DNA from: an uncultured delta proteobacterium
GTDB taxonomy: Bacteria > Myxococcota > Myxococcia > Myxococcales > Myxococcaceae
DNA length: 64,000 nt
Reading direction: 5' to 3'
NCBI GenBank assembly: GCA_963771175.1
Contig: CAVYSY010000026.1
Span: forward strand, 320,001-384,000
Part shown: piece after piece, positions 28,889 to 40,636 of the stretch
How the letters are laid out: every line of letters begins with the position of its first letter
Numbering within the stretch: position 1 is the first letter of the stretch
The notes under the pieces: generated by a model
What the model saw: the letters and a program-made list of their open reading frames with translations, nothing else
The model's database searches: none
What the model was told of the DNA's origin: nothing
Made by a program: the position numbers and the translations under genes

Positions 28889-30055
28889 TCAGGCCGGCTG
28901 CTTCACCATCTGCGGCCGCTTCTCGAAGGCCGCCAGCGTCTGGGCGATCTCCTGGTTCACCTGGCGCAGCAGGTCCTGCTTCTCGCGGAACGGCAGGAAG
29001 GCGCTCTTGAAGCCGGAGACGATGATGGTGGTCAGGTCCTCCAGCGACAGCCCCAGCTGCTTGTGCGCGACCCACAGCTCCTTCGTCACCGTGGTGTCGG
29101 TGATGAGCCGGTTGTCGGTGTTGATCGTCACCCGCAGGCCGTAGTCGAAGTAGAACTTCAGCGGGTGCGCCTCCAGGCTCGACACCGCGCCCGTCTGCAC
29201 GTTGGAGGTGGGGCACACCTCCAGCGGAATGCGGTGGTCGTTCACGTAGTTGAGCAGGTCGCCGTCCTCGCGCAGCCGCGTGCCGTGGCCGATGCGGTGC
29301 GCCCCCAGGTAGTGGATGGCCTGGGAGATGGACTCGGGCCCGAAGGCCTCGCCCGCGTGCGCCGTGCAGTTGACGTTGTTCTTGAGGATGAGCTGGAAGG
29401 CCTCCTTGTGGTCCTTGGCCGGGAAGTTCGCCTCGGCGCCCGCCAGGTCGAAGCCGATGACGCCCCGGTTCTTGTAGGCCACGCGACAGCTCCGCCAGCC
29501 GCATCGACGTCTGCGGGTTGATGTGGCGGATGCCGCAGACGATGACGCCGTATTTGGATGCCCGTCTCGCGCTTGGCCACGCCGCAGGCCCTCGAGCACC
29601 GAGTCGATGACCGTCGTCATCTTCAGGCCCTGCTGCAGGTGCAGCGCCGGCGAGTAGCGCACCTCCAGGTAGCGCACGTTCTCGGCCGCCGCGTCCACCG
29701 CCAGCTCGTAGGCCGAGCGGTAGAGCGACTCGGCCGTCTGCAGCACCGACAGCGTCACGTCGAAGGCCACCAGGTAGTCCTCGAGGCTCTTGCACACCTT
29801 CGCCCATGTGGATGGCCTTGGCCAGGCCGTCCTCGGTGTCCGCGGGCAGCTTCACCTTCTGCTGCTCGGCCAGCTCGAGGATCGTCTTGAGCCGCATGCG
29901 AGCCGTCGAGGTGGCAGTGCAGGTCCGTCTTGGGCAGCGCGTGGAGCAGCTCCTCGGTCACCGGGAGGGTCGGGGGCGCGGACCAATCAGCCCGTGCGAG
30001 CGGATGAGGGAATACCAGTCGAGCTGGGGAGCTCGTCGTCGCGAATCGAAGCCAT
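28889..30055 (-). CDS. add: Adenosine deaminase (frameshifted)
   Basis: LPKTDLHCHLDGS, GFDLAGAE, TAHAGE, HRIGHG, EVCPTSN, INTDN. Confidence 0.92.
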
Positions 30056-30109
30056 GTCGGGTTCCTTCCTTGCCAAGCATCCTAGGGGTCTGAAAATCCT
30101 CGCTCAACC

Positions 30110-31180
30110 ATGCCGTCATCCCTCTGTCAGCGCCTCGTCTTACAGCTCGCCATGGCGGCGCTGATGGCCGCCTGCCGGCAGCCCACCGACAAGCTCTTCG
30201 CCTTCTCCTCCGATGCCCCCTCCCGGGCGGCGCTCGTCCCCTTGGAAAACGGGGTGCTGGTGGGCAACGAGGCCGGCCGGCTCCTGCGCCTGGACCTCGC
30301 GGGCGAGTCGCCCTGGAAGGTGGAGCTCGGACGCGAGGTGGCCGCGCGCCCCACGGTGTCGGGGGACGGCGTCATCGTAGGAACGGTTGGCGGAACGCTC
30401 GTCAGCCTCGCGCTCGACCAGGGCACGGAGCGCTGGCGCCTCACCGGGCAGCCGCCCGTGCTCACCCCGCTCGTCTCGGATGCGAGCGCCGTCTACGTCG
30501 TGGCCCCGGACGGCACCGTGCGCGCCCATGCCGTGGACTCCGGCGAGGTGCGCTGGCGGCGCCCGTTCCCCTCGGGTGCGCCCCGGCCTCGATGCCACCC
30601 GGCCCCTCCCCTCCCCCGTCCTCGCGGGCGGCCTCGTGGTGGTGGTGCTCGGGGACGCGGGACTGTTCGCGCTGGCGCCGCGAGGATGGCGCGGTGCGTT
30701 GGCGCCGGCCACTGGCCCAGGTGCTGGGACTGGAGGCCCAGGGGGACGTGCTGTACGTCTCCACCCGGAAGGGGGAGGTGCTCGCGCTCGGGCTCGCGGA
30801 CGGGCAGGTGCGCTGGCGGCAGACCCCCGCGCCCGTCCTCACCAGCCCGCCGAGCTTCGCCCTGGGACAGGTGTGGGTGGGCGCGGAGGACAACCTGCTC
30901 CTGGCCCTGTCGCCCCAGGATGGGCGGGAAGTCTCGCGCATCGGCCTGCCCGCGCCCCTGGTGACGCAGGTGGCGGAGTACCGCGAGTGGTTGCTGGTGC
31001 CCACGCGCGGCAGCCAGGGGTGGCTGATCGCGCTCGAGCCCGGAAAGGGGCCTCCGGTCTTCTCGCTGCGGCTGGACACGCCGCTGCTCACCCGGCCGGT
31101 GGTGCATCGGGGACCAGCTCTTCGTGCTGGGCCAGGACGGGCGCGTGCTGTCGTGGCGGCTCCAGCCCCCGAAGTCGTGA
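30110..31180 (+). CDS. PQQ-like beta-propeller lipoprotein (frameshifted)
   Basis: Lipobox LMAAC; repeated A.D..G.VRW blade motifs. Confidence 0.8.
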
Positions 31181-31196
31181 GCCGAAGTGGACCTCA

Positions 31197-31267
31197 CTTG
31201 TAGACGTCTACAAGCGAAGCAGCACCATTCCCCACATCAACCCACACCGCTTGTAGACGTCTACAAG
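31197..31267. repeat. Pair of perfect 18-bp palindromes CTTGTAGACGTCTACAAG
   Basis: Copies at 31197-31214 and 31250-31267. Confidence 0.88.
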
Positions 31268-31295
31268 TGAGCCGCGCCAGATCCCGCATTCTGGA

Positions 31296-32175
31296 ATGGA
31301 GAGTGGGCTACGGTGTCCGAGGCGGCGTCGCGTGCTGGAGAGGTGCGGCTTGTCCACGCCGTCTGGCAGTTCGAGCCCGGCAGGTGCGCGGCGACGGCTC
31401 CTGGCGGGCGACGCTGGCTCTGGGCACCCTGCTGCTCTCCAGCCGCGTGCGTCACGGGCGCGAGGCTGCCAAGGGTGGTCAGGAGCTGGCGCGGACGGCA
31501 GAGTGGGTGGACTCAAGCTGACGAGCAGTGCTGTGGGCTCGCCGCTGTGTGTGCCGCTCCGGCGGCCGGCGGAGAGTGTCGTCCCCACCACGGTGCAAAA
31601 GCTGGCGGAGGCGGCGGAGGCTGTCCAGGGACTCACCCGGACTTCCTCGACGAGGCCGAGGTGGCCCGGGTCGAGAAGGTCCTCGTCCAGTGCGCCAAGG
31701 AGGCCGACTACCAGGTCATCAACGGGAGCATCCCAAGGAGGGGTACCCAAGTGACACCGAGTGCAACCGCGTCGTTGGGTACGACAGAGTCGGCGAGAAA
31801 GTGACGCGTGCCATGGAACTCGGGACGATGAAGCGTGATCACCTTTCCTGGTCGAGCGAGAACTCGGGCCGGGAATCTCGACCGCCTATTCGCCAGGGAA
31901 CCGCGCTACGGCAAGAAACCGCCGGGCGAAAGTACGCCCTCACCGATGATAGGACGGGACCTCTCGTCCCCGACATCGTTCTGCACCTGGTGCGCGAACG
32001 CCGAACAGAATTCAATTCCTCTACGACTTCCTGTTCCCCTGTACCGCCGAGAGCAAGAGCGAGCCGCTCGGAGAGCAGAGTCAGAAGGTGCGGAAGCTGG
32101 ATAAGTACAAGGACCCCTCGCAGGAGGACGGACATGCGCGCTCTCGTGACGCCTCAGCTTGGAATCAGCCGATGA
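31296..32175 (+). pseudogene. Lipoprotein toxin with PD-(D/E)XK/VRR-NUC-like nuclease tip, multiply frameshifted
   Basis: Fragments LSSACVTG, CAKEADYQV, RAMELGTMK, LVPDIVLH, YDFLFPC; upstream of a DUF3396 gene. Confidence 0.55.
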
Positions 32176-33155
32176 CCGAGCACTACCCCCGGCTGCGTCG
32201 TCTACTCCTCCCAGCAGGGGGAGACCACCTCGTCCAGCGGAAGTGGTTAGGCTCGTCGTGCACCTTCCGTTTGACCACTATGACCTCTCGGACGGAGTGA
32301 ACCGTGCGCTCGATGTGTACCTCCGCGCTATTGGACAGGGACCGGAAATTCTTTCGGAGTGGTGCGACGTCTGGCGAATTCGACGCATTTCCGCTGGATG
32401 AGTGCGGGTGGGAGTTCGTCCGGTCAGCGCTTTCGACACTCGCGGGGGACGCTTCCTCGACGACGTCAAAGACGAGCAATACGTCCATCGCCCGGTGAAG
32501 AAACAGTTCACCGTGCGCTGGCTGTTGGGTGGGTCATCGGGCGTCGTGGCTATGGATTCTTCTACTGGGCCCGCCTGCCTGGCGTACTCCCGTGGAGGAA
32601 AGGGTCACGCATCGGTGGCGCTTCTCCTGGCCCACGGAGTACCTCGAGGAGCACGGCCCCGGGACGAGTGAGGGGAGTTGCGCATGGAGCTGGCGTCAGT
32701 CCTGCCCTTCTCCTCCGGCCACGCCGGCCTCGCCTTCTTATTCGCCCAACCCCTTCGTGCGCTTCCATGGAAAGGGATTCGCGAGGACGCCTTCCGGTAC
32801 CCGGGGCTGGATGTGGCCCACGGCAGCACGATCCCTCGGGCCCCGCGTGGATGGCGTGCATTGGCTCAACTTCCTCGGCCAGCCAGTGCTGGGGGAGTTG
32901 GGCGGCGCCGCGGGCCTGCGCACCCGGCTGCACTCCCCTGGAACCACCGTCCAGGAGCTGGAGGGCGAGCGGGTCGTGGTGACGCTGGGAGAGTGGCCGG
33001 AGGCTGGAGACCTGGCGCGAGGCCAGGACCTCCCCGCGTACCGCGAACTCGCACATGTGCTGGAGCCCTGGCTGTACCAGTGCCCCAGCTACGAAGCGTT
33101 CCACGGCACCACACACGAGGAAACCGTTCGCTGGTGGCGCCGCTTCCTCGATTGA
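32172..33155 (+). CDS. DUF3396/TsiV-type immunity protein (frameshifted)
   Basis: MTEHYPRLR..., [60 protein letters not shown]. Confidence 0.8.
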
Positions 33156-33165
33156 GTGCGGATGC

Positions 33166-35526
33166 TCAGCCCGGCATCAGGAAGCGCGCGATGACGCGCT
33201 TGAGGCCCACGCTCCGTCCGAACTCCACCGTCACCTTCGCGTTGGGGCCGTTTCCGTCCGTCGACACGATGCGCCCCATGCCGAACTGCTCGTGGCGCAC
33301 CGACATGCCGCGCACGTCTCCGCCCTCGCCGTCCATTCCGAGGCCTGCGAGTAGGAGCGGTCGATGCGCGGCCCGTCATCGTCCTCGAAGTGGCGCCGGC
33401 GCTGCACCATCGGAGATGCCCTCGAGGGCGGCGTCTCCAATCCTCTCCGCGAAGCCGAAGAGCGCCTGCGGCACCTCGCGCAGGAAGCGCGAGGGCGGGT
33501 TGTAGCGCAGCTCGCCGAAGAGGCGCGCGGCACTGCGCCAAGCGTGACGAACAGCCGCTTGCGCGCGCGCGTGAAGCCCACGTAGCAGAGCCGCCGCTCC
33601 TCGGCCATCTCCTCCCCGTCCGGGTCCTCCGCCGCCAGCGAGCGCGGCAGTGCGGGAAGACCCCGTCCTCCATGCCGGTGATGAACACCGCGTCGAACTC
33701 GAGCCCCTTCGCCGCGTGCAGCGTCATCAGCGCCACCCGGCCCTCGCCCACGTCCGCGTCCGCGTCGCCCACCAGCGCTGATCTGCTCCAGGAAGGCCTG
33801 CAGCGCGGGCACGTCCGCCGTAAGCGGCGAGGGTCCAGGCCCTCGTCCTCCGGCGCGCGCGGGCGCGCGTCCTCGCCCTCTTCGTCCCCGCCGAGGCCGC
33901 CGCCACGGCCGCGGCCGCGCGGTTCAGGTCGAACTCCTGCGCGGCGCCCAGGAACTCGCGCAGGTTCTCCGCGCGCGTCAGCGACTCGTCGGTGCCCTCG
34001 GCGATGAGCGCCTCCACCAGCGTGCGAGTCCTTGAGCATCTGGTCCACCGCGCTCGCCGCGTCCTGGGCCTCCTGCGCGAAGGCGTGCAGCGAGGACACC
34101 AGCCGCGTGGAAGCCGGTGAGCCGGCGCACCGCCGCCGAGTTGAGGCCGGTAATCCGCTCGGGCGCCGCGAGTCGCCTCGTAGAGGCTCACGCCCGCCTG
34201 GTTGGCCCAGTCCTCCAGCCGCTCCACCGTGGTGTCGCCGATGCCGCGCGCCGGCGTGTTGATGACGCGCAGCAGGTCCGCGTCCGAGCGCGGGTTCACC
34301 ATCAGGCGCAGGTAGGCCGCCGCGTCCCGGACCTCGGCCCGGTCGTAGAAGCTGCGCCCGCTCACCAGCGTGTAGGGCACGCGCGCCAGCCGCAGCGCCT
34401 CCTCCAGCACGCGGCTCTGCGCGTTCGTCCGGTAGAAGACCGCCATCCCCGAGTACTTGATGAAGCCCTCGCGCTGCAGCTCGTGGATGCGGCGCGCCAC
34501 CTCCTGGGCCTCGGCGCGCTCGTCGCGGTTCATCAGCAGCGTGAGGTTGCTCGCCCTTGGGCCGCTCGCTCCACAGCTTCTTCGCCATGCGCCGCGTGTT
34601 CGCGCGCGATGACCGCGTGCGCCGCGTCGAGGATGTTCTGGTCCGAGCGGTAGTTCTGCTCCAGCTTCACCACCCGCGCGCCCGGGTAGTGGTCCGGGAA
34701 GTGGAGGATGTTGTCCACGCTCGCGCCGCGCCAGCGGTAGATGGACTGGTCGTCGTCGCCCACCACCACCAGGTTGGCGACGCCGCTCCGGCGGAGCCAG
34801 CAGGCGCAGCAGCTCGTACTGCACGGGGTTGGTGTCCTGGAACTCGTCCACCAGGATGTGCTGGAAGCGCCGCCGGTAGTGGTCCAGCACGTCCGGGCGC
34901 TTGCGGAAGAGCCGCCACCAGCAGCAGCAGCAGGTCGCCGAAGTCCACCGCGTTCGCCGCGCGCAGCAGCCGCTGGTAGGCGCGGTAGGTCTTCTGCACC
35001 ACCCCGCCGCGCAGGTCGTCCACGTCCACCACCATGCTCGTCCGGGAGGCGGGCGGCGTTCTTCTCCTGGTCGATGCGGTGGAGGATCTCCCGCGGCTGC
35101 ATGACGGGGTCCATCGCGGACCTCGCGCATGGCGCGCTTGACGAGCTGGAGCTGGTCCCCGTCGTCGTAGATGACGAACGAGGGGGTGAGCCCCAGCAAC
35201 TCCGCTACCGACTCGTCCCGGAGGACGCGGCGAAGAATCATCGACGCCGAGGAGTGGAAGGTGCTCACCACCAGCTCGTGCGCCTGGAAGCCGAGGAGCT
35301 GGACGAGCCGCTCGCGCATCTCGCGCGCGGCCTTGTTGGTGAAGGTGACGGCGAGGATGCGCCACGGCGCGACGCCGCGCACCTGGACCAGGTGGGCCAT
35401 CCGGCGGGTGATGACGCGCGTCTTGCCGCTGCCCGCGCCGGACAGCACGAGGAGCGGGCCATCCCCATGGAGGACCGCTTCCCTCTGGGGCTCGTTCAGG
35501 TCTTTGAGGAGTTCGTCGGCGTTCAA
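33166..35526 (-). CDS. uvrD: UvrD/PcrA ATP-dependent DNA helicase (frameshifted)
   Basis: [67 protein letters not shown]. Confidence 0.92.
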
Positions 35527-35645
35527 GGCAGGGTGCTCTTCTAGAGGCAAACCCTGCTTGTAACGAGTTTCCGCCCATCTGGAAGGACGTTCAGCGGTGG
35601 GGGCCCCTCGCCTGCCCTGCTGGGGAGCATGTCTCCCCGAGCGGC

Positions 35646-36993
35646 TCAACACCCGCAGTCGCAGTTCTCCACCTCGGCCCCGACCACCTCGGAGCCGTCC
35701 TCGCGGATCAGCCGCACCCGTTGTGTGGGCCAGGACGCGTGCAGGAGCAGCTCCACCTGCCCGTCCCCCTCCAGGTCCAGCACCGCCGCCACCGTGTCCC
35801 CGTTCAACTCCTTCGCGGTCAGCACCCGCTCCCCGCCGCCGGGTCCCAGCACCACGGCCCGGGTGAGCTGCTCGTTGTAGTCCGAGCCGCATTCCGAGTT
35901 GCCCTCGCCCGTGACGAAGCGCGCCACCGTGAAGACGACGTCGTGCTCCCCCGAGGAGTAGCGCGCCGTCTTCACGTCCTCCGCCAGATTCTCCTGCACC
36001 TGCTCCGCCCGGACGGAGCCCTCCGAGCGCAGCGTGGCGAACCGGGGAGAGCTCCGGAGCGCGCGCTCCTGGGCCGCCCGCACCTCCTCGGAAGGCTCGT
36101 CCCCGAGCGAGTAGAACACCGGCGCCTTCGTGCCCGCGGGCAGGGCGAACACCAGGTCGCTCGGCGTCATCCCGCAGTCCAGCTCCGCGAAGGCCCACGC
36201 CCGGCCACAGCCCGGCTCCGTGGGCAGCGGCTCCTGCTGGGCGTAGCTGAAGTGGGGCACGCCGCGGTTGAGCCACGCGAACCCCGCCACCTTGCACCCG
36301 GACTGCACCAGCCCGTTCGCCCCATAGAGGTCGACGACATCTCCCGGGACGAAGCGGCCGGTGGGATCCTTCTCGGCCGGGGCCATCCACAGGCGCCGGC
36401 CCTCGTCCACGGGCGCGAGCCCGTCATTGCCGGCGTCCTTGTCCAGCAGCATGAAGGTGCGTCCGGCATGTACCTCCACGAAGCGCGGCCCCACCTCGTG
36501 CTTCCGGGTTCCGGCGCGCGCGGCAGCGGCCTCGGCCTCGGTGCGACAGGTGGCCTCCTTGCGTTCCCGCTCGGAGTCCAGCGGCCCGGCGTTCTTCACG
36601 TAGGCCTCCACCCCCGCCTCCGCCAACCGCTCGCGGAAGCCCTCCGCGGCCACCTTGTCAGCGAAGGCGTTGGCCACCACCACCTCCAGGCACGGCCGCA
36701 GGTTCCGGAAGGCGTTGGTGGACAGCCGGCCCGGCTCCGCGGGCAGCCCCGTCTTCTTCAGTGCATCCAGGGCCTCGGCCCCCTGCCCCAGGGTGGGCGA
36801 GGAGTGGAGGATGACCAACCAGCGCCTCGCATAACGCGCCTCGGGTGGTGGAGGATGCCACACCCGGAGTGGAGGCGTCCGGCGCCGGGGCCGCCACGAC
36901 GGGGGCCGGCTCGGAGGAACCACAACCCCGGAGCCCCTGGCATCCCAACACAGCCAGCAGGGGCAGGAGGAACAGGCGCGACAGTCGAGGCAT
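35646..36993 (-). CDS. SPOR-domain lipoprotein (frameshifted)
   Basis: Lipobox VLGC; SPOR-like segment AEGFRERLAEAGVEAYVK; C-terminal NCDCGC. Confidence 0.55.
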
Positions 36994-37022
36994 ACGAGAT
37001 GTTGTACCAGTAGACTCGCGCC

Positions 37023-37493
37023 ATGTCCGACACCGAGACCCGCCCCACCCAGGAGCAGCTCGACCGCTACGCCGAGCTGTTCAGCCAGAGTCAGACGATG
37101 CGGTTCTTCGGCCTGCGGTTGAGCTTCCCCCAGGGCGAGAAGGTCGTCATCACCCTCCCCGAGGTGCGCCCCGAGCACCGCGGGGGCCTGGGCACCGCCG
37201 CCATCAACGGGGGCGTGCTCTCCGCCATGTTCGACTACGCCATCGGCTGCACACCCGCCCTGAAGGACCCCTCCCGCCGCGCCGCCACCATGCAGCTCTC
37301 CATGAGCTTCGAGCGGCCCGTGCTGGGCGACGTCGTGCGCGCCGAGGCCACCATCGACTCGGCCGGCACCTCCACCCTCTTCGCCTCCGCCCGGATGTAT
37401 GACGCACAGGGTCAGGTGTGTGCCCGCTGCCAGGGGGTGGTCAAGCTGTCCCAGATGAAGTGGGCCTCGGGGCAGAGCCCCGCCATCAACTGA
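37023..37493 (+). CDS. PaaI/hotdog-fold thioesterase
   Basis: HRGGLGTAAINGGVLSAMFDYAIG, ATMQLSMSFERP. Confidence 0.85.
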   Translation: MSDTETRPTQEQLDRYAELFSQSQTMRFFGLRLSFPQGEKVVITLPEVRPEHRGGLGTAAINGGVLSAMFDYAIGCTPALKDPSRRAATMQLSMSFERPVLGDVVRAEATIDSAGTSTLFASARMYDAQGQVCARCQGVVKLSQMKWASGQSPAIN

Positions 37494-37603
37494 CCCCCCC
37501 TCCGCCTTCACCCCGCTCCGATATGCCCACTGGCACCGGACGTTTCCCAGGCACCGGGGAGCAGCGAGACCCTGGCGGGCCCTCGGATTCTCGGGAAGGC
37601 GCG

Positions 37604-38242
37604 ATGGGTGTGGCCTTGGTGCAACCAGTGCGGAGCGTGGTGCGACAGCGGGAGGAGAGCACGCGACCGGGGGGGAGCGTGCGGGAGGACGAGGTCGAGC
37701 TCGCACGGCGCGCCCTGCACGGGGAGCGTGCCGCCTGGGATGTACTCATCTCCCGCTACCATCACCGAGTGGTGGTCTCGCTGCTCGCCCGGGGAGTCCG
37801 GGCGGATCGGGCACAGGAGATTGCCCAGGAGACGTGGGTGCGTCTCATCCAGCAGCAGCAGAAGGGGCAGCTCCCCGAGCTGCGCCTGCCCAACCTCGCC
37901 CTCACCCAGGCGGCGTTCCTCGCGGCGGACGAGGGGCGTCGGGCCCGCCGGGAGTCCGTGGCGGGCAGCGTGGAGGAGCTGTCCGAGGCCCACCACCCGG
38001 TGGACCCCTCGGTCTCCGCCGAGCGGCGCCTGTTGTCCGAAGAGCAGCTCGCCCGGGCCCAGACGGCCCTGAAGCAGTGCTCGACGAGCGCCCAGCGGGT
38101 CTTTCAACTGGCGTGCGACGGCCAGGAGCTGCCGCACGCCGAGGTGGCCGCGCGCGTCGGCTTGTCCGTGCAGCGCGTCCGACAAATCTTGTGCGAGGTC
38201 CGCAAGAAGCTGCGGAGCGCCCTCGAGGAGGAAGCACCATGA
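37604..38242 (+). CDS. ECF RNA polymerase sigma factor
   Basis: Region 2 AQEIAQETWVRL; region 4 HAEVAARVGLSVQRVRQIL. Confidence 0.85.
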   Translation: MGVALVQPVRSVVRQREESTRPGGSVREDEVELARRALHGERAAWDVLISRYHHRVVVSLLARGVRADRAQEIAQETWVRLIQQQQKGQLPELRLPNLALTQAAFLAADEGRRARRESVAGSVEELSEAHHPVDPSVSAERRLLSEEQLARAQTALKQCSTSAQRVFQLACDGQELPHAEVAARVGLSVQRVRQILCEVRKKLRSALEEEAP

Positions 38243-38778
38243 ACCAGCCGCACATCCACCCCGCCGACGCCGAGCAGTACGTCCTCGGGGCGATGGAACC
38301 GGAGGCCGCGGCGGCCCTCGAGGCCCACACGGTGGAGTGCCCCCCGTGCGCCCTCATCCTCCAGCGCGAGGCCCTGCTGGAGGAGCAGCTCCGCGAGGTG
38401 GCCCAGGCGGCCGCCGACGAGGCCCGGGTCATCCGCCCGGCCCGCTGGAGCCGCCCCCGGGTGCCCGCCGCCGCGGGGGTGGTGATGGCGGCCGCGGCGG
38501 CGGTGATGCTCGTCGTCCTCCGTCCCCAGCCGGTGAGCACCCCGGAGACCCAGGACGACGGCTTCCCGGTGATGGCACTGCCGATGAACCTGCCGGAGAC
38601 GCCGGAGCGGCTGGTGGCCTGTCCGGACCTGGCGAGCCAGGAAGCGTGTGCCTCCGAGGCGCTGGCTCGCGGGCTGCTGGTGCAGTACCCCCAGGGGGTG
38701 GGCGAGGTCCCCCGCTACGAGGGCCACGCCGGACTGCCAGCCGGCGCGCTCCTCGCCGAAGGGCCCGCTTCGCTGTGA
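38239..38778 (+). CDS. Membrane anti-sigma factor (zf-HC2)
   Basis: HTVECPPC ZAS motif, one TM segment, overlaps the sigma stop codon. Confidence 0.8.
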   Translation: MNQPHIHPADAEQYVLGAMEPEAAAALEAHTVECPPCALILQREALLEEQLREVAQAAADEARVIRPARWSRPRVPAAAGVVMAAAAAVMLVVLRPQPVSTPETQDDGFPVMALPMNLPETPERLVACPDLASQEACASEALARGLLVQYPQGVGEVPRYEGHAGLPAGALLAEGPASL

Positions 38779-38789
38779 AAGGCTCCGCC

Positions 38790-39908
38790 ATGACCGACCG
38801 GATGAAGTACAGCCTGACGCTCCTGTGGGTGGCGGCGCTCGCCGTGGGGTGGCCCGCGGCGGCGGCGGACGGCAAGAAGGCCCTGCCCGAGGGGTGGTTC
38901 GTCACCGAGAGCGCGCCCCAGCTCTACGAGGCGGGCCTGGACACCGAGAGCCCGTGCGAGGGCAACCGCAGCGCGTTCCTGCGCTCGCGCCAGGAGATGA
39001 CCGAGGGCTACGGCACCTTCATGCAGGCCTTCGGCGCGGGGGCCTTCCGGGGCAAGCGGCTGCGCTTCTCCGCCCTGGTGCGCACCGAGGACGTGCGGGG
39101 CTGGACGGGCCTGTGGATGCGGGTGGAGGGCGAGGACCCGAAGGAGCCGCTCGCCTTCGACAACATGCAATCGCGCGCGCTGGTGGGCTCCACGCCGTGC
39201 AAGCGCTACGACGTGGTGCTGGACGTGCCCCAGGAGGCCAAGGCCATCATGGCCGGGCTGATGCTCAGCGGCACGGGCAAGGCGTGGATCGGCTCGGTGC
39301 GCTTCGAGACGGTGGACGCCTCGGTGCCAGTCACCAACCTGATCGCCGACAGGCCCCAGCCGCGCGCCGACAGGCCCACCGGGCGCATCGGTCGCGTCTG
39401 GTTCAACCGGGGGCAGGTGGAGGGCGAGCAGTACCGCGCCCTGCTGCAGCCGGACGGCTCCTGGAAGGACAACCTCGCAAACACGCTCTCGGTGGTGGAG
39501 GGCAACACGGTGCAGGGCACCGTGGGCAAGCAGCCGGTGCGCCTCACCGTCAAGGCCGGCGGCCCCTCCACCATCATCGAGGGTCAAGTGGGCAAGGAGC
39601 CGGTGTACATCGAGCTGGGCGCGCACAAGCTCGTCATGAAGCGGGGCATCTACACGCGGGACCTGGTGCGCGAGGACGAGCGCCCCGAGGACCACTCCTG
39701 CATCCGCTACCGGACCGGGGAAGGGATTGCCGTGAGCGACTTCCTCGACGTGTGTGGCGAGGCGCTCAGCAAGAAGCCGCCGCTGGTGCCCCTGGTGCTC
39801 TCCTTCCTGCAGAACGGTTTCCGCACGGTCTCGGCGGATAGGACCGCCTCTCCTCGCGTGGCGCCCAAGGATCGGCTCGCCGCCCCCCAGGTCCCCCAGC
39901 CCCGCTAA
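38790..39908 (+). CDS. Exported protein with beta-sandwich (CBM-like) domain
   Basis: Signal peptide; YGTFMQ..FRGKRLRFSA..WTGLWMRV..AFDNMQ segment. Confidence 0.6.
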   Translation: MTDRMKYSLTLLWVAALAVGWPAAAADGKKALPEGWFVTESAPQLYEAGLDTESPCEGNRSAFLRSRQEMTEGYGTFMQAFGAGAFRGKRLRFSALVRTEDVRGWTGLWMRVEGEDPKEPLAFDNMQSRALVGSTPCKRYDVVLDVPQEAKAIMAGLMLSGTGKAWIGSVRFETVDASVPVTNLIADRPQPRADRPTGRIGRVWFNRGQVEGEQYRALLQPDGSWKDNLANTLSVVEGNTVQGTVGKQPVRLTVKAGGPSTIIEGQVGKEPVYIELGAHKLVMKRGIYTRDLVREDERPEDHSCIRYRTGEGIAVSDFLDVCGEALSKKPPLVPLVLSFLQNGFRTVSADRTASPRVAPKDRLAAPQVPQPR

Positions 39909-39960
39909 CCATGACCCGCCCCCTGGCGCCGGTACGCGGGATGTGCTGAGCATCCCGCGC

Positions 39961-40620
39961 ATGGAAACGCAAACGCGCACCGCGGTCGTGGCCGGCGCGA
40001 GCGGGCTCGTCGGAAGCCACCTGCTCGACGCGCTGCTCGAGGACCCTCGCTACCGGGAGGTCCACTCCCTGGGCCGCCGTCCGCTGCCGAAGCAGCACCC
40101 GAAGCTCGTCCAGCACACCGTGGACTTCGCCCGGCTCGGGGACGAGGCGCTGCCGCCCGTCGATGAGGCCTTCTGCTGCCTGGGCACCACCATCAAGAAG
40201 GCTGGCAGCCAGGAGGCCTTCCGCGCCGTGGATCATGACGCCGTGCTGGCCTTCGCGCAGGCCGCGAAGAAGGCGGGGGCCCGGAGCTTCCTGGTGGTGA
40301 CGGCGCTCGGGGCGGACCCGCGCTCGCGCGTCTTCTACAACCGCGTGAAGGGCGAGGTGCAGGAGGCGCTCAAGGCCATCGGCTTCGAGTCCCTCGTCCT
40401 CCTCCAGCCGTCACTCCTCCTCGGTGAGCGCACCGAGCACCGTCCGGGCGAGCACGCGGCCATCGTGGCCTCGCGGGTGCTCGCGCCACTGCTGCGCCCG
40501 TTCGGAAGCCGCCCCATCGAGGCGCACACCGTCGCGCGGGCGATGCTCGCCCTCGCACGCGAGGCGCCGAAAGGTGTGAAGGTGGCTCCGTCGGGAGAGC
40601 TGCAGAAGCTCGGCCGGTAG
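39961..40620 (+). CDS. NAD(P)-binding oxidoreductase (YraR/TIP30-like)
   Basis: VAGASGLVG, FCCLGTTIKKAGS, FYNRVKGE, QPSLLLG. Confidence 0.85.
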   Translation: METQTRTAVVAGASGLVGSHLLDALLEDPRYREVHSLGRRPLPKQHPKLVQHTVDFARLGDEALPPVDEAFCCLGTTIKKAGSQEAFRAVDHDAVLAFAQAAKKAGARSFLVVTALGADPRSRVFYNRVKGEVQEALKAIGFESLVLLQPSLLLGERTEHRPGEHAAIVASRVLAPLLRPFGSRPIEAHTVARAMLALAREAPKGVKVAPSGELQKLGR

Positions 40621-40636
40621 CGCCGGGGCGGGTCCT

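Noticed and set aside
37604..38778. This ECF sigma as driver of the GTCAG/CGTC motif
   Set aside because: No copy of the motif was seen upstream of it, whereas the sigma at 41854..42516 has one; not formally excluded
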